Shown here piece by piece: positions 8,784-16,608 of a stretch of 64,000 bases of DNA. The stretch is from Polyangiales bacterium (lineage in GTDB: Bacteria > Myxococcota_A > Polyangia > Polyangiales > Ga0077539), in assembly GCA_041389885.1 (NCBI GenBank), contig JAWKRB010000006.1:67101-131100 (forward strand). The letters run 5' to 3'. A model generated the notes under the pieces. The model saw only the letters and a program-made list of their open reading frames with translations, did no database searches and was not told the origin of the DNA. A program made the position numbers and the translations under genes. Numbering within the stretch: position 1 is the first letter of the stretch; every line of letters starts with the position of its first letter.

Positions 8784-9128
8784 TCAGGCGCTGGCGACGC
8801 TGCCGTGGTCGTCGCAGTGCGCGCCGTGGGGATGGTGCAGGTGCCCCGACACGAGGTAGTCGGTGTGGTCGCCGTGGGGGACGGCCTCGTGCCCGCAGCC
8901 CGGACCGTGCGCGTGCGCCGCGTCGTGGGCGCTGCACGCGTGGTCGGGGGTGCAGTCGGCGGGGTTGGCCGCGCTCACGTCGAGGCGGTGCTCGTCGACG
9001 TGGCCGCCGTGGGGATGGTGCAGGTGGCCGTCGTGGAGGTAGTCCACGTGGTCGGCATGGCGCACCGAGGCGTGGCCGCAGTCGGGGCCGTGGGTGTGGG
9101 TGTGGTCCTTGTGTTCGCTGCAGCTCAT
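8784..9128 (-). CDS. His/Cys-rich metal-binding protein with an internal tandem duplication
   Basis: The 114-aa product is two copies of HGPxCGHxxVxHxDHxDYLxxGHLHHPHGxH (residues ~12-45 and ~75-108). Its start overlaps the arsR stop (ATGA), so the two are translationally coupled. Confidence 0.65.
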   Translation of the reverse strand: MSCSEHKDHTHTHGPDCGHASVRHADHVDYLHDGHLHHPHGGHVDEHRLDVSAANPADCTPDHACSAHDAAHAHGPGCGHEAVPHGDHTDYLVSGHLHHPHGAHCDDHGSVASA

Positions 9129-9514
9129 GGTTCGTCCTCCTCGGGGTCGTGGGCGTGGGGCGCCTCGTCGGCGTGCTCCAGCGCGTTGGCGATCAGCTCC
9201 GCCACGTGGGCGTCGCTGAGCGCATAGAAGATGTGCTTTCCCTGTCGTCGTCGTCGGACCAGGCCCTCGGCGCGCAGCAGCCGGAGCCGCTGCGAGACCG
9301 TTGAGAGGCCCTCTCCCTCAGCGAGGTCGCTCACGCATCGCTCACCCGCCGCGAGCAGCGCGAGCAGACGAAGCCGCGAGAGGTCGCCCATCGCGCGAAA
9401 GATCGACGCCGCTCGCTCAAACGCCGCCGCGCTCGGCGCCCGCGGGAGCGAGGCCGCGGGGTGCTCAGGGTCGCCCGGCGTGCAGGTCAGGTCGTGCGAA
9501 GGAGAGGTCTTCAT
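9125..9514 (-). CDS. ArsR/SmtB-family metalloregulator
   Basis: FRAMGDLSRLRLLALLAAGERCVSDLAEGEGLSTVSQRLRLLRAEGLVRRRRQGKHIFYAL is an ArsR HTH with an alpha3-like metal-site Cys. The C-terminus is His-rich (EAPHAHDPEEDEP). Confidence 0.8.
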   Translation of the reverse strand: MKTSPSHDLTCTPGDPEHPAASLPRAPSAAAFERAASIFRAMGDLSRLRLLALLAAGERCVSDLAEGEGLSTVSQRLRLLRAEGLVRRRRQGKHIFYALSDAHVAELIANALEHADEAPHAHDPEEDEP

Positions 9515-9542
9515 TCAGTGCGTCAGTTGACCGACTGATGAA
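9510..9542. promoter_or_regulatory. Imperfect inverted repeat TTCATTCAGT–N13–ACTGATGAA overlapping the arsR start; candidate ArsR/SmtB operator
   Basis: In ttcattcagtgcgtcagttgaccgactgatgaa the inner arms TCAGT/ACTGA are perfect. The repeat lies immediately 5' of, and overlaps, the arsR start codon (9512-9514, minus strand). Confidence 0.4.
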
Positions 9543-9600
9543 GTGTGTAGGTGATGAATCAATGGCCGTCAATGGCCCTCGCGCAACGGGTTTCGCGGTG

Positions 9601-9619
9601 CAATTGCAACGCAATTGCG
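9601..9619. promoter_or_regulatory. Repeat CAATTGCAACGCAATTGCG in the arsR/CDF intergenic region
   Basis: Two ATTGC(A) units sit 5 nt apart and contain the CAATTG palindrome. The site is in the 300-bp gap between the CDF stop and the arsR start, and resembles the motifs at 6266 and 18856. Confidence 0.3.
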
Positions 9620-9818
9620 GGGGCTGAGGCGGAGGCGCCCGGACGACCCGACAGGCGCTCGCAGCAACGCCACGCCCGACCTTCACCCCCGAGCCGAGGG
9701 ACGCATGGGTCGCCGACGCGGCGCGCTTCACGAAGTGCATCGAGAAGTGACGGGCCCGGGCGGGCCTGGGCGGGCCTGGCTCCATGCAGGCGGTCGCAGC
9801 GGCGCTCAACCCTCGCCG

Positions 9819-10742
9819 CTACGCCTCGCGCACCTCGAGGGTGAGGTGCGAGATGGGGCCGACGGCCTTGAGGCGCTCGCGGACCTCGCGCTGCGCGACC
9901 GGCCCCGCGCTGTGGAGGGTGGCCGCGCAGTACCACTGGCCCGCGGTGGGCTCCCAGAGGTGCAGATCGAGCACCGTCGCGCCCGAAGACTCGAGCACCG
10001 CGCGCACCTCGCGCACCGCGAGCTCGGAGGGCACGCGATCGAGGAGCGGGCGCGCGGTGTCGCGAATGAGCCCGACGCCCCACTTCGCGATGAGCGCGCT
10101 GCCCACGAGCGCCGAGAGCGGATCGAGAAAGCGCCATCCGAAGCGCATCCCCAGCACCAGCGCCGCGATGGCGAAGACGCTGGTCACCGCGTCGGCGATG
10201 ACGTGGAGGTACGCGCCGCGGAGGTTGGGGTCTCCGTGGTCGTGCCCGTGGTCGTGCCCGTGGTCGTGCCCGCGGTCGTGCCCGTGGTCGTGCCCGGCGG
10301 GCATGAGCAGCCGCGCGCTGACGAGGTTCACGACGAGCCCGACGACGGCGACGGCGAGGGCCTCGCCGTAATGGATCGCGCTGGGGTGCAAGAGCCTGTG
10401 CACCGACTCGACGACCATCTGCGCGGCGACGGCGAGGAGGGCGAGGGCGTTGGTGTACCCCGCGAGGGCGTGGACCTTCGCCGTGCCGAAGGAGTACTCG
10501 CCGCGCCCCGACCGCGTGCGGGCGTACCACCACGCGAGGGCCGAGATGGCCAGGGCGCCCGCGTGAGTCGCCATGTGCCAGCCGTCCGCCGTCAACGCCA
10601 GGGAGTGGGACCAGGTGCCCACGGCGATCTCGGCGACCATCATCGACAGGGTGAGCCCGATGGTCCACCAGGTGCGCCGCTCGCCCGCGCTCGCGCCTTC
10701 GACCGAAAGCGGCTGCATGCAATGGAATTCGACCTGGCTCAT
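9819..10742 (-). CDS. Cation diffusion facilitator (CzcD/ZitB-like) with a His-rich cytoplasmic loop
   Basis: Six CDF TM helices are present (TM2 HSLALTADGWHMATHAG, then TM5 HVIADAVTSVFAIAAL). The loop reads GHDHGHDRGHDHGHDHGHDHGD. The start could be 10742 or 10790. Confidence 0.8.
   Translation of the reverse strand: MSQVEFHCMQPLSVEGASAGERRTWWTIGLTLSMMVAEIAVGTWSHSLALTADGWHMATHAGALAISALAWWYARTRSGRGEYSFGTAKVHALAGYTNALALLAVAAQMVVESVHRLLHPSAIHYGEALAVAVVGLVVNLVSARLLMPAGHDHGHDRGHDHGHDHGHDHGDPNLRGAYLHVIADAVTSVFAIAALVLGMRFGWRFLDPLSALVGSALIAKWGVGLIRDTARPLLDRVPSELAVREVRAVLESSGATVLDLHLWEPTAGQWYCAATLHSAGPVAQREVRERLKAVGPISHLTLEVREA
10236..10295. repeat. Five tandem copies of a 12-bp unit (GTGGTCGTGCCC) encoding the (HDHG)n loop of the CDF
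   Basis: The repeat is seen directly. One unit carries a single substitution (GCGGTCGTGCCC). Confidence 0.8.
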
Positions 10743-10840
10743 CGTCGCGTCGGCCTCAGCCTCGCACGTCGACGGCCCCACCGCACGCATCGCCGAGTCC
10801 CCCTGCTCACTGCGACCGGGCTTCGCTATGGTACCGCCCC

Positions 10841-11746
10841 ATGTCCGAAGGGCACTCCACGAAGGTCGTTCTCACATCACTCGCCGCCAACGCGGCCATC
10901 GCGGTCACCAAGACCGTGGCCGCGGTGTTCACGCACTCGGGCTCGATGCTCGCCGAGGCGATTCACACCGCCGCCGACTGCGTGAACCAGGTGCTGCTCC
11001 TCGTGGGGATTCGCCAGTCGAGCGCGGGGCCCTCGGAGAGATATCCGCTCGGCACGGGGAGGGCGAGCTACTTCTGGTCCTTCGTGGTGGCGCTGATGCT
11101 GTTCACTGGCGGCGGTGCGTTCTCGATCGGCGAGGGCGTCGAGAAGGTGCTCCACCCCGAGGCGCTGCACCACGTGAGCGTCGGGCTCATCGTGCTCGGG
11201 GTGAGCTTCGTGCTCGAGGCCCTGTCGCTGCGACAGTGCGTCTCCGAGGTCAACCGCAAGCGCGGCGAGATGGGCTTCATGGACTACCTCCACGTGACCA
11301 AGGACGCCGAGCTCGTGGTGTGCACCGGGGAGAATTTCGCGGCGGTGGTGGGGCTCGCCATCGCGTTCCTCTCCATGGCGCTGGCGATGTACGTCGACCC
11401 CAGGTTCGACGGCGCGGGCAGCGTGCTGGTCGGGCTGGTGCTGGTGTGGGTCGCGTGGTTCCTCGCCCGCAAGATGCGATCGCTCCTTCTGGGTGAGCGC
11501 GCCGACCCCGAGGTCGACGCCGCCGTCCAGGCCGCCGCCGCGGACGACCCGCGCATCCAGTCGGTGCTGCGCATGATCTCGGTGCAGCAGGGGCCCGGCG
11601 AGGTGATGCTCGCGGTCAAGCTCCGCCTCGACGAGGCGCTCACCTCGAGCGAGGTGATCACCGTGATCAACGAGTTCGAGCGCCGGGTGCGGGGGCGAGT
11701 GCCCGACGTGAAGTGGCAGTTCGTCGAGCCTGACACCGAGGCCTGA
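10841..11746 (+). CDS. Cation diffusion facilitator family exporter (FieF/MamB-like)
   Basis: The N-terminal TM domain has AIHTAADCVNQ, and the C-terminal cytoplasmic domain is (VSVQQGPGEVMLAVKLRLDEALTSSEVITVINEFERRV). It is divergent from the other CDF gene. Confidence 0.75.
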   Translation: MSEGHSTKVVLTSLAANAAIAVTKTVAAVFTHSGSMLAEAIHTAADCVNQVLLLVGIRQSSAGPSERYPLGTGRASYFWSFVVALMLFTGGGAFSIGEGVEKVLHPEALHHVSVGLIVLGVSFVLEALSLRQCVSEVNRKRGEMGFMDYLHVTKDAELVVCTGENFAAVVGLAIAFLSMALAMYVDPRFDGAGSVLVGLVLVWVAWFLARKMRSLLLGERADPEVDAAVQAAAADDPRIQSVLRMISVQQGPGEVMLAVKLRLDEALTSSEVITVINEFERRVRGRVPDVKWQFVEPDTEA

Positions 11747-11767
11747 TCCGCGGTCCTCGGCGCGGGC

Positions 11768-12934
11768 TCACCCCTCCTGGAGCGGAGGAGGGGCCTCGGA
11801 CGGCGGCGCATGCAGCACCACCACCTGGTTTCGGCCTTCGCATTTGGCGGAGTACAGCGCCCGGTCTGAGAGGGCGATCAGGTCGTTCACCGAGGGAGCG
11901 GGGCCGACTGAGGCCGCCGCGACGCCGATGCTCACGGTGACGCGCTCGTACCCGTCCCCGATCTTGATCTCCTGCGCCTCGACGCGGAGGCGAATCCGCT
12001 CCGCCAGCTCCCGCGCGCCGTCGGCGTCGGTCTCAGGGAGCAGCACGCAGAACTCCTCCCCGCCGTACCGCGCGAGCAGGTCTCCGTGGCGGAGCTGCGC
12101 GCGGATGGTCGCGACGATGCCCAGCAGCACCGCGTCGCCGGCCTGGTGCCCGTGCGCGTCGTTGACCCGCTTGAAGTGATCGAGGTCGAGCATGAGCAGC
12201 GACAGGGGCCTGCGGTGGCGGCTCGCGCGGGCGAGGGCGCGGCTCCCGAGGTCCATCAGCATCCGGCGGTTGAAGATCCCCGTGAGCCCGTCGAGCGCGG
12301 CGAGCCGCTCGGCCTCGCGCCACATCGCCTCGCGGTGCATGAGCACCACCCCGAGGCCGGTGCACACGATGAGGGCGAAGCTGCCCAGCACCCACGCCTC
12401 GTCGAGCGTGCTCTCCGAGGGATGCCGCGCGCCGGCGACGCGGAGCGCGAACAGCGCGACGGCGAGTCCGTAGCCCACGCGTACCAGCCGCACGGGACGC
12501 CCCCCGGCCTCGAGGCTCTGCGGGCGCGACAGCAGCCACACGATCGCCGCGGCCTGCGCGGCGTTGACGGCGCCGCCCACGAGCGCGCCCGGCGTCGAGG
12601 CGCCGAGCAGCCGCGACGCGCCAGCGGCCACGGCCAGCGAGGGCGCGATGAACGCCGCGCGGGGCAGCGGGCGGCTCATCATGCGGCTGAGCGCCGCGAG
12701 CGCGAGGGAGAGCGCGACCGACAGCGCGACGTCGCCGAGCGCCCCCGCCGGCGACCACGGGATCGCCCCGCGCAGCAGGAGCAGCAGGTGCCCGACGCCC
12801 TGCGCCAGCAGCGAGGCGATCCAGAGGCCCTCGCCCTGACGCAGCCGTTTGTGCACCGCGTACAGCAGGCTCAGCGCCATCAGCCCGTCGGTGAGGCACA
12901 GAAAGAGGTAGCCGGTCGTGACATCGAGGCGCAT
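11768..12934 (-). CDS. Membrane-anchored diguanylate cyclase (GGDEF)
   Basis: About six TM helices are followed by GIFNRRMLMD…LDLDHFKRVNDAHGHQAGD…RYGGEEFCVLL, which carries the GGEEF active-site motif. The start is taken at MRLDVTTGY. Confidence 0.8.
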   Translation of the reverse strand: MRLDVTTGYLFLCLTDGLMALSLLYAVHKRLRQGEGLWIASLLAQGVGHLLLLLRGAIPWSPAGALGDVALSVALSLALAALSRMMSRPLPRAAFIAPSLAVAAGASRLLGASTPGALVGGAVNAAQAAAIVWLLSRPQSLEAGGRPVRLVRVGYGLAVALFALRVAGARHPSESTLDEAWVLGSFALIVCTGLGVVLMHREAMWREAERLAALDGLTGIFNRRMLMDLGSRALARASRHRRPLSLLMLDLDHFKRVNDAHGHQAGDAVLLGIVATIRAQLRHGDLLARYGGEEFCVLLPETDADGARELAERIRLRVEAQEIKIGDGYERVTVSIGVAAASVGPAPSVNDLIALSDRALYSAKCEGRNQVVVLHAPPSEAPPPLQEG

Positions 12935-13391
12935 GGGAGACTCCCGCGTAGAAGGACCCCGCAGCTGCGCGCGCCGTGGCGACGCGAGCGAGGCTGCGAC
13001 CGAGCCCGCACGAGCGCGACGTGATCGATGAAGGAGGACCGGGCAGGCGCCCCTGAGGGCGCTCTTCTTCCTGGTTTCAAGGGCAAGTTGCGAACGGCCC
13101 GCGCACCGCGCAACCCCGCGGCGCTGGGCCCAGAGAGCCCTCGCCGAGACGAGCCGAGGGCGAGGTCGCCGCCGCAAGGCGTGCGCGTCGCGCACGGTCT
13201 TCGCGCGCCACGTGACTTCGGACATGGCCTTCGTCGCGCGCGCGGGTTGAGGAGAGAGAAGTCGCTTGCGTCGCGGGGCGGAGTCGCGTTTCGCTGGTGT
13301 CGCTCGGGGGCGACGCGCCCTCGCTTCACGCCGCGAGCGCGCCCGTGTCGTTCGGGTCGGTACGGCTCCGCGGCGCAAGGATCATGGGAGC

Positions 13392-14507
13392 ATGGAAGCT
13401 TTTCGCTGGGACGCGTGCTTCGTCACGGGCATCGCGGAGATCGACGCGCAGCACCACACGTTGGTCGACCTGATCAACCGCCTCGGAGACGTCGTCACCG
13501 GCGATCGCGCTTCGTCGCCCGACGACATCGAGCGGGTCTTCGGCGAGCTCGCGCAGTACGCCGCGCAGCACTTCCACGATGAGGAGGGGCTGATGCACGC
13601 GCACGGCCTCGACCCTCGCTTCGTCGACGCGCACCGCCGCGCGCACGCGAGGTTCATCGAAGAGATCACCGCGATGCACGGGTCGCTCGCGAGCGACGGT
13701 CCCCTCGCCGCGGAGGGCCTGCTGCGGTTTCTCTCGCACTGGCTGGCGTGGCACATCCTCGGGCAGGACCAGCGGATCGCGGCGCAGCGCTCGGCCATCG
13801 AGGCCGGGCAGAGCCCCGAGCAGGCCTACCACTCGGTCGAGCGGCCCGGCGACCCCGCGACCGGCGCGCTGCTGCACGCGCTCGACGGTCTCTTCCACCA
13901 GGTCTCAGAGCGCAACCGCGCGCTGTCGCAGCTCAACCGCACCCTGGAGGCGCGCGTCGCTGAGCGGACCCGCGCCATCGCCGAGGCCAACCAGCGCCTC
14001 GAGGACCTCGCGATGACCGACGTGCTCACGGGGCTGCCCAATCGTCGGCACGCCATCTGGCGCCTCGAGCGCGAGTGGCTGGAGGCGGATCGGCGCGCCT
14101 CGCCGCTCTCGTGCCTCATGATCGACGCCGACGGCTTCAAGCGCATCAACGACGCGTACGGGCACGACGCGGGCGACGGGGTGCTCCGCGCGCTCGCGCG
14201 GGCGCTCGTTCACGCCGTGCGCACCGACGACGTGGTGTGCCGCCTCGGCGGAGATGAGTTTCTGGTGCTCTGTCCGCGCACGCCGCTTGAGGGCGCGCTC
14301 CAGGTCGCCGAGTCGCTCCGCGGCGAGGTGGCCGCGCTGCGGGTGCCCGCGGGCGACGGCGCCTGGAGGGGGAGTGTGAGCGTCGGGGTCGCCTCGCGCA
14401 CCGACGAGATGCTCGTCGTCGAGGACCTCATTCGCGCGGCCGACCGCGGCGCGTACCTCGCCAAGCAGGCGGGGCGAGACCGTGTGGCCACCGCCCAGCG
14501 ACGCTGA
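13392..14507 (+). CDS. Hemerythrin-like domain fused to a GGDEF diguanylate cyclase
   Basis: The N-terminus has the bacteriohemerythrin His/Glu ligand spacing (EIDAQHHTL…AQHFHDEE…HRRAHARFIEE…WLAWHIL…). The C-terminus has LMIDADGFKRINDAYGHDAGD…RLGGDEFLVL, containing the GGDEF motif. Confidence 0.75.
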   Translation: MEAFRWDACFVTGIAEIDAQHHTLVDLINRLGDVVTGDRASSPDDIERVFGELAQYAAQHFHDEEGLMHAHGLDPRFVDAHRRAHARFIEEITAMHGSLASDGPLAAEGLLRFLSHWLAWHILGQDQRIAAQRSAIEAGQSPEQAYHSVERPGDPATGALLHALDGLFHQVSERNRALSQLNRTLEARVAERTRAIAEANQRLEDLAMTDVLTGLPNRRHAIWRLEREWLEADRRASPLSCLMIDADGFKRINDAYGHDAGDGVLRALARALVHAVRTDDVVCRLGGDEFLVLCPRTPLEGALQVAESLRGEVAALRVPAGDGAWRGSVSVGVASRTDEMLVVEDLIRAADRGAYLAKQAGRDRVATAQRR

Positions 14508-14531
14508 GCGGGGCCTCGCGCGATGAGGGGG

Positions 14532-15725
14532 TCAGTACCTGAACGCGCCGCTCGGGCGCACCGCGCACAGTCCCTCGCTGTTGAGGTGACCCGAAGCCCG
14601 GTGTGAGAAGGCCACGAAGTCTCGCAGGTCGGCGACGCCCGTGTTGCCGCCGAGGTCGAAGCTGAGCGCGTCGGGGTTGCGAGGCGTGTAGCCCGCGGTC
14701 TGCCCGCCGCGATCAGGCACGGTCCGGTTCATGCGGTCGCGGAGGTTGGTGGGCGCGACGCCGACGAGGTCGTCGAGGGTGACCTCCGCCGCGTCGCCCA
14801 TGGCCCTCGCGCGCGAGGCGAACTGGTCGAAGCGCAGGGGAGGGTCCTCGACGCCGAGGGCGCCCCACAAGAAGTGGTCGACGTGGAGGGTGATCTGCGC
14901 GGTGACCGCGCGGCTCGGGTTGGGCGCGACGCCCGGGCTCTCGTCGCCGTTGTCGGGGTTGTTGCAGTTGAGGTAGCGAGCGTCGGCGCCGAAGCCGAAG
15001 CGAAACCGCACCGTCGTGGGGTAGCTCTCGAAGCTCGTGCCCGCGCCCGGCGCCGCGCCGCGGTAGTTCGCCGTGCCCTCGATGAGCCAGGTCCACCCCT
15101 TGCGGAGCATCTCCTCGTAGGCGGTGACATCCGCGGCGTCGAGGTTGACGTTCGTCGCCGCGGGCGAGGCCGGCGCGGTGTCGAACGAGAACGCGTAGCG
15201 CACCATCGGGTCGAGGCTCCCCCCGCCGGCGGGCGCGGAGATCACGGTGAGCGGGATCGCCGTGTCACCGCCGACGACCAGCGGTCCCGCCTTGGCGACG
15301 TTGACCGCGAAGATCGCGGGGCTGGTGAACACGTCGGCGCCCACCGCCGCGGGGTCGGTGGGGGTGGTGCTCGGGCGGTTGAGCCGAACGCGGGCGATGG
15401 TGGTGATCACGCGGCTGAAGCGCAGCTGCCACCCGTCGACCACGACCCGCTCGCCGTCTCCCGGGTTGGCGTTGTAGTCAAAGCCGTTGACCGCGTCGGC
15501 CTCGCCCGAGATCGACACCTGAATCGTGCGAGGGTCGCTCGTGGTCGACGTGAACGCGGGCGCGACCGGGGTGCGAAACGACTCGGGCAGGCTCGCGTCG
15601 GCGGAGATCACCGGCGCGTCTGAGGCCGCGTCGGCCCCGACCCCGGCGTCGCCGGCGGGCGTCGAGCCGCAGCCCGCGAGGAGGAGAGATGCAGTGCAAG
15701 CTGCTGAAATAAAACGTGTATTCAT
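14532..15725 (-). CDS. Lipoprotein, hypothetical
   Basis: MNTRFISAACTASLLLAGCGS is a lipobox. The 397-aa product has no recognisable catalytic motif. It lies downstream of, and on the same strand as, the TonB-dependent receptor. Confidence 0.55.
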   Translation of the reverse strand: MNTRFISAACTASLLLAGCGSTPAGDAGVGADAASDAPVISADASLPESFRTPVAPAFTSTTSDPRTIQVSISGEADAVNGFDYNANPGDGERVVVDGWQLRFSRVITTIARVRLNRPSTTPTDPAAVGADVFTSPAIFAVNVAKAGPLVVGGDTAIPLTVISAPAGGGSLDPMVRYAFSFDTAPASPAATNVNLDAADVTAYEEMLRKGWTWLIEGTANYRGAAPGAGTSFESYPTTVRFRFGFGADARYLNCNNPDNGDESPGVAPNPSRAVTAQITLHVDHFLWGALGVEDPPLRFDQFASRARAMGDAAEVTLDDLVGVAPTNLRDRMNRTVPDRGGQTAGYTPRNPDALSFDLGGNTGVADLRDFVAFSHRASGHLNSEGLCAVRPSGAFRY

Positions 15726-15792
15726 GTCTTCTCGCGTCGTTGGGCGCAGGGCGGACGTCTCCCGTCACCTGCGGCTCGTCGGTTCGAACGGA

Positions 15793-16608
15793 TCAGCGCG
15801 GCGAGGACGGCGCGGCGCTGAAGCTCGGTAGAAAGACCCCCTGCACGCCCCGCGCGTTCTCGATGAACGCGCGGCCTACGTTGTCGCTCGGGTCGAAGGT
15901 GCGAACGCCCTCGGGGGACGCGGGCTTCGCGAGGAGCTCGGAGAAATCTGCGCCGCGGAACCACCCGCGCGGGTCGACGCGCACCGTGAGCGAGCCGCCG
16001 TCGGTGAGCTCGAACGCGCCCGGCACCCCGCGCACGCGGCGCGCGACCTCGAGGGGGCGCTGAGGCGTCGCCAGCGACTCGTTGACCTCGAGCGCGCCGT
16101 CGAAGGTCACGCGCTGCTCGCCCCGCTCGGCCACGCCCGCGACGCGCACGGCGGCGCCCTGCATCGCGGGGTCGTTGAAGTACCAGAACTCCAGGGTGTT
16201 CACGCGCTCGAGCACGCCGTCGCCGCCGCCGGGGACGGTCTGCAGCGCGGGGTCGAGGAGGTCGACGACGACCTGGGTGGTGACCTGTCCCACGATGCGC
16301 CCCGCGCCGAGGTGGAGCGCGCCGTCGGCCCAGGCCGAGCGCACGAAGAGGTCGCTCACGCGGTCGCCGAGGGTGCGGCGCGCGACCACCGGGGTGAGGG
16401 TGTTGAGGTAGATCGGGCCGACGGCCATGCGCGCGTCGGTGAGGGTCACGCGCCAGCCCTGGTCGTTGTCGAAGGTCAGGGGCGCGCGCGCGTCGCGCTC
16501 GACGCCGCCGACGCGCACCTCGAAGGAGGCGCGGCCCCCGGAGGTGGCGTCGCCGCAGCCGACGAGGGCGAGGAGGCTCATCGCGAGGAGGGACGATCGG
16601 CGTGTCAT
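15793..16608 (-). CDS. Lipoprotein, hypothetical (coupled to the TonB-dependent receptor)
   Basis: MTRRSSLLAMSLLALVGCGD is a lipobox. The start overlaps the TonB-dependent receptor stop (ATGA at 16605-16608). Confidence 0.55.
   Translation of the reverse strand: MTRRSSLLAMSLLALVGCGDATSGGRASFEVRVGGVERDARAPLTFDNDQGWRVTLTDARMAVGPIYLNTLTPVVARRTLGDRVSDLFVRSAWADGALHLGAGRIVGQVTTQVVVDLLDPALQTVPGGGDGVLERVNTLEFWYFNDPAMQGAAVRVAGVAERGEQRVTFDGALEVNESLATPQRPLEVARRVRGVPGAFELTDGGSLTVRVDPRGWFRGADFSELLAKPASPEGVRTFDPSDNVGRAFIENARGVQGVFLPSFSAAPSSPR

Noticed and set aside
13028-13391. A possible small ORF in the 455-bp gap between the divergent GGDEF genes
   Set aside because: The only ORF there (13028..13582) overlaps the hemerythrin-GGDEF start, and its product is Arg/Pro-rich low complexity. 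The gap is more likely regulatory.
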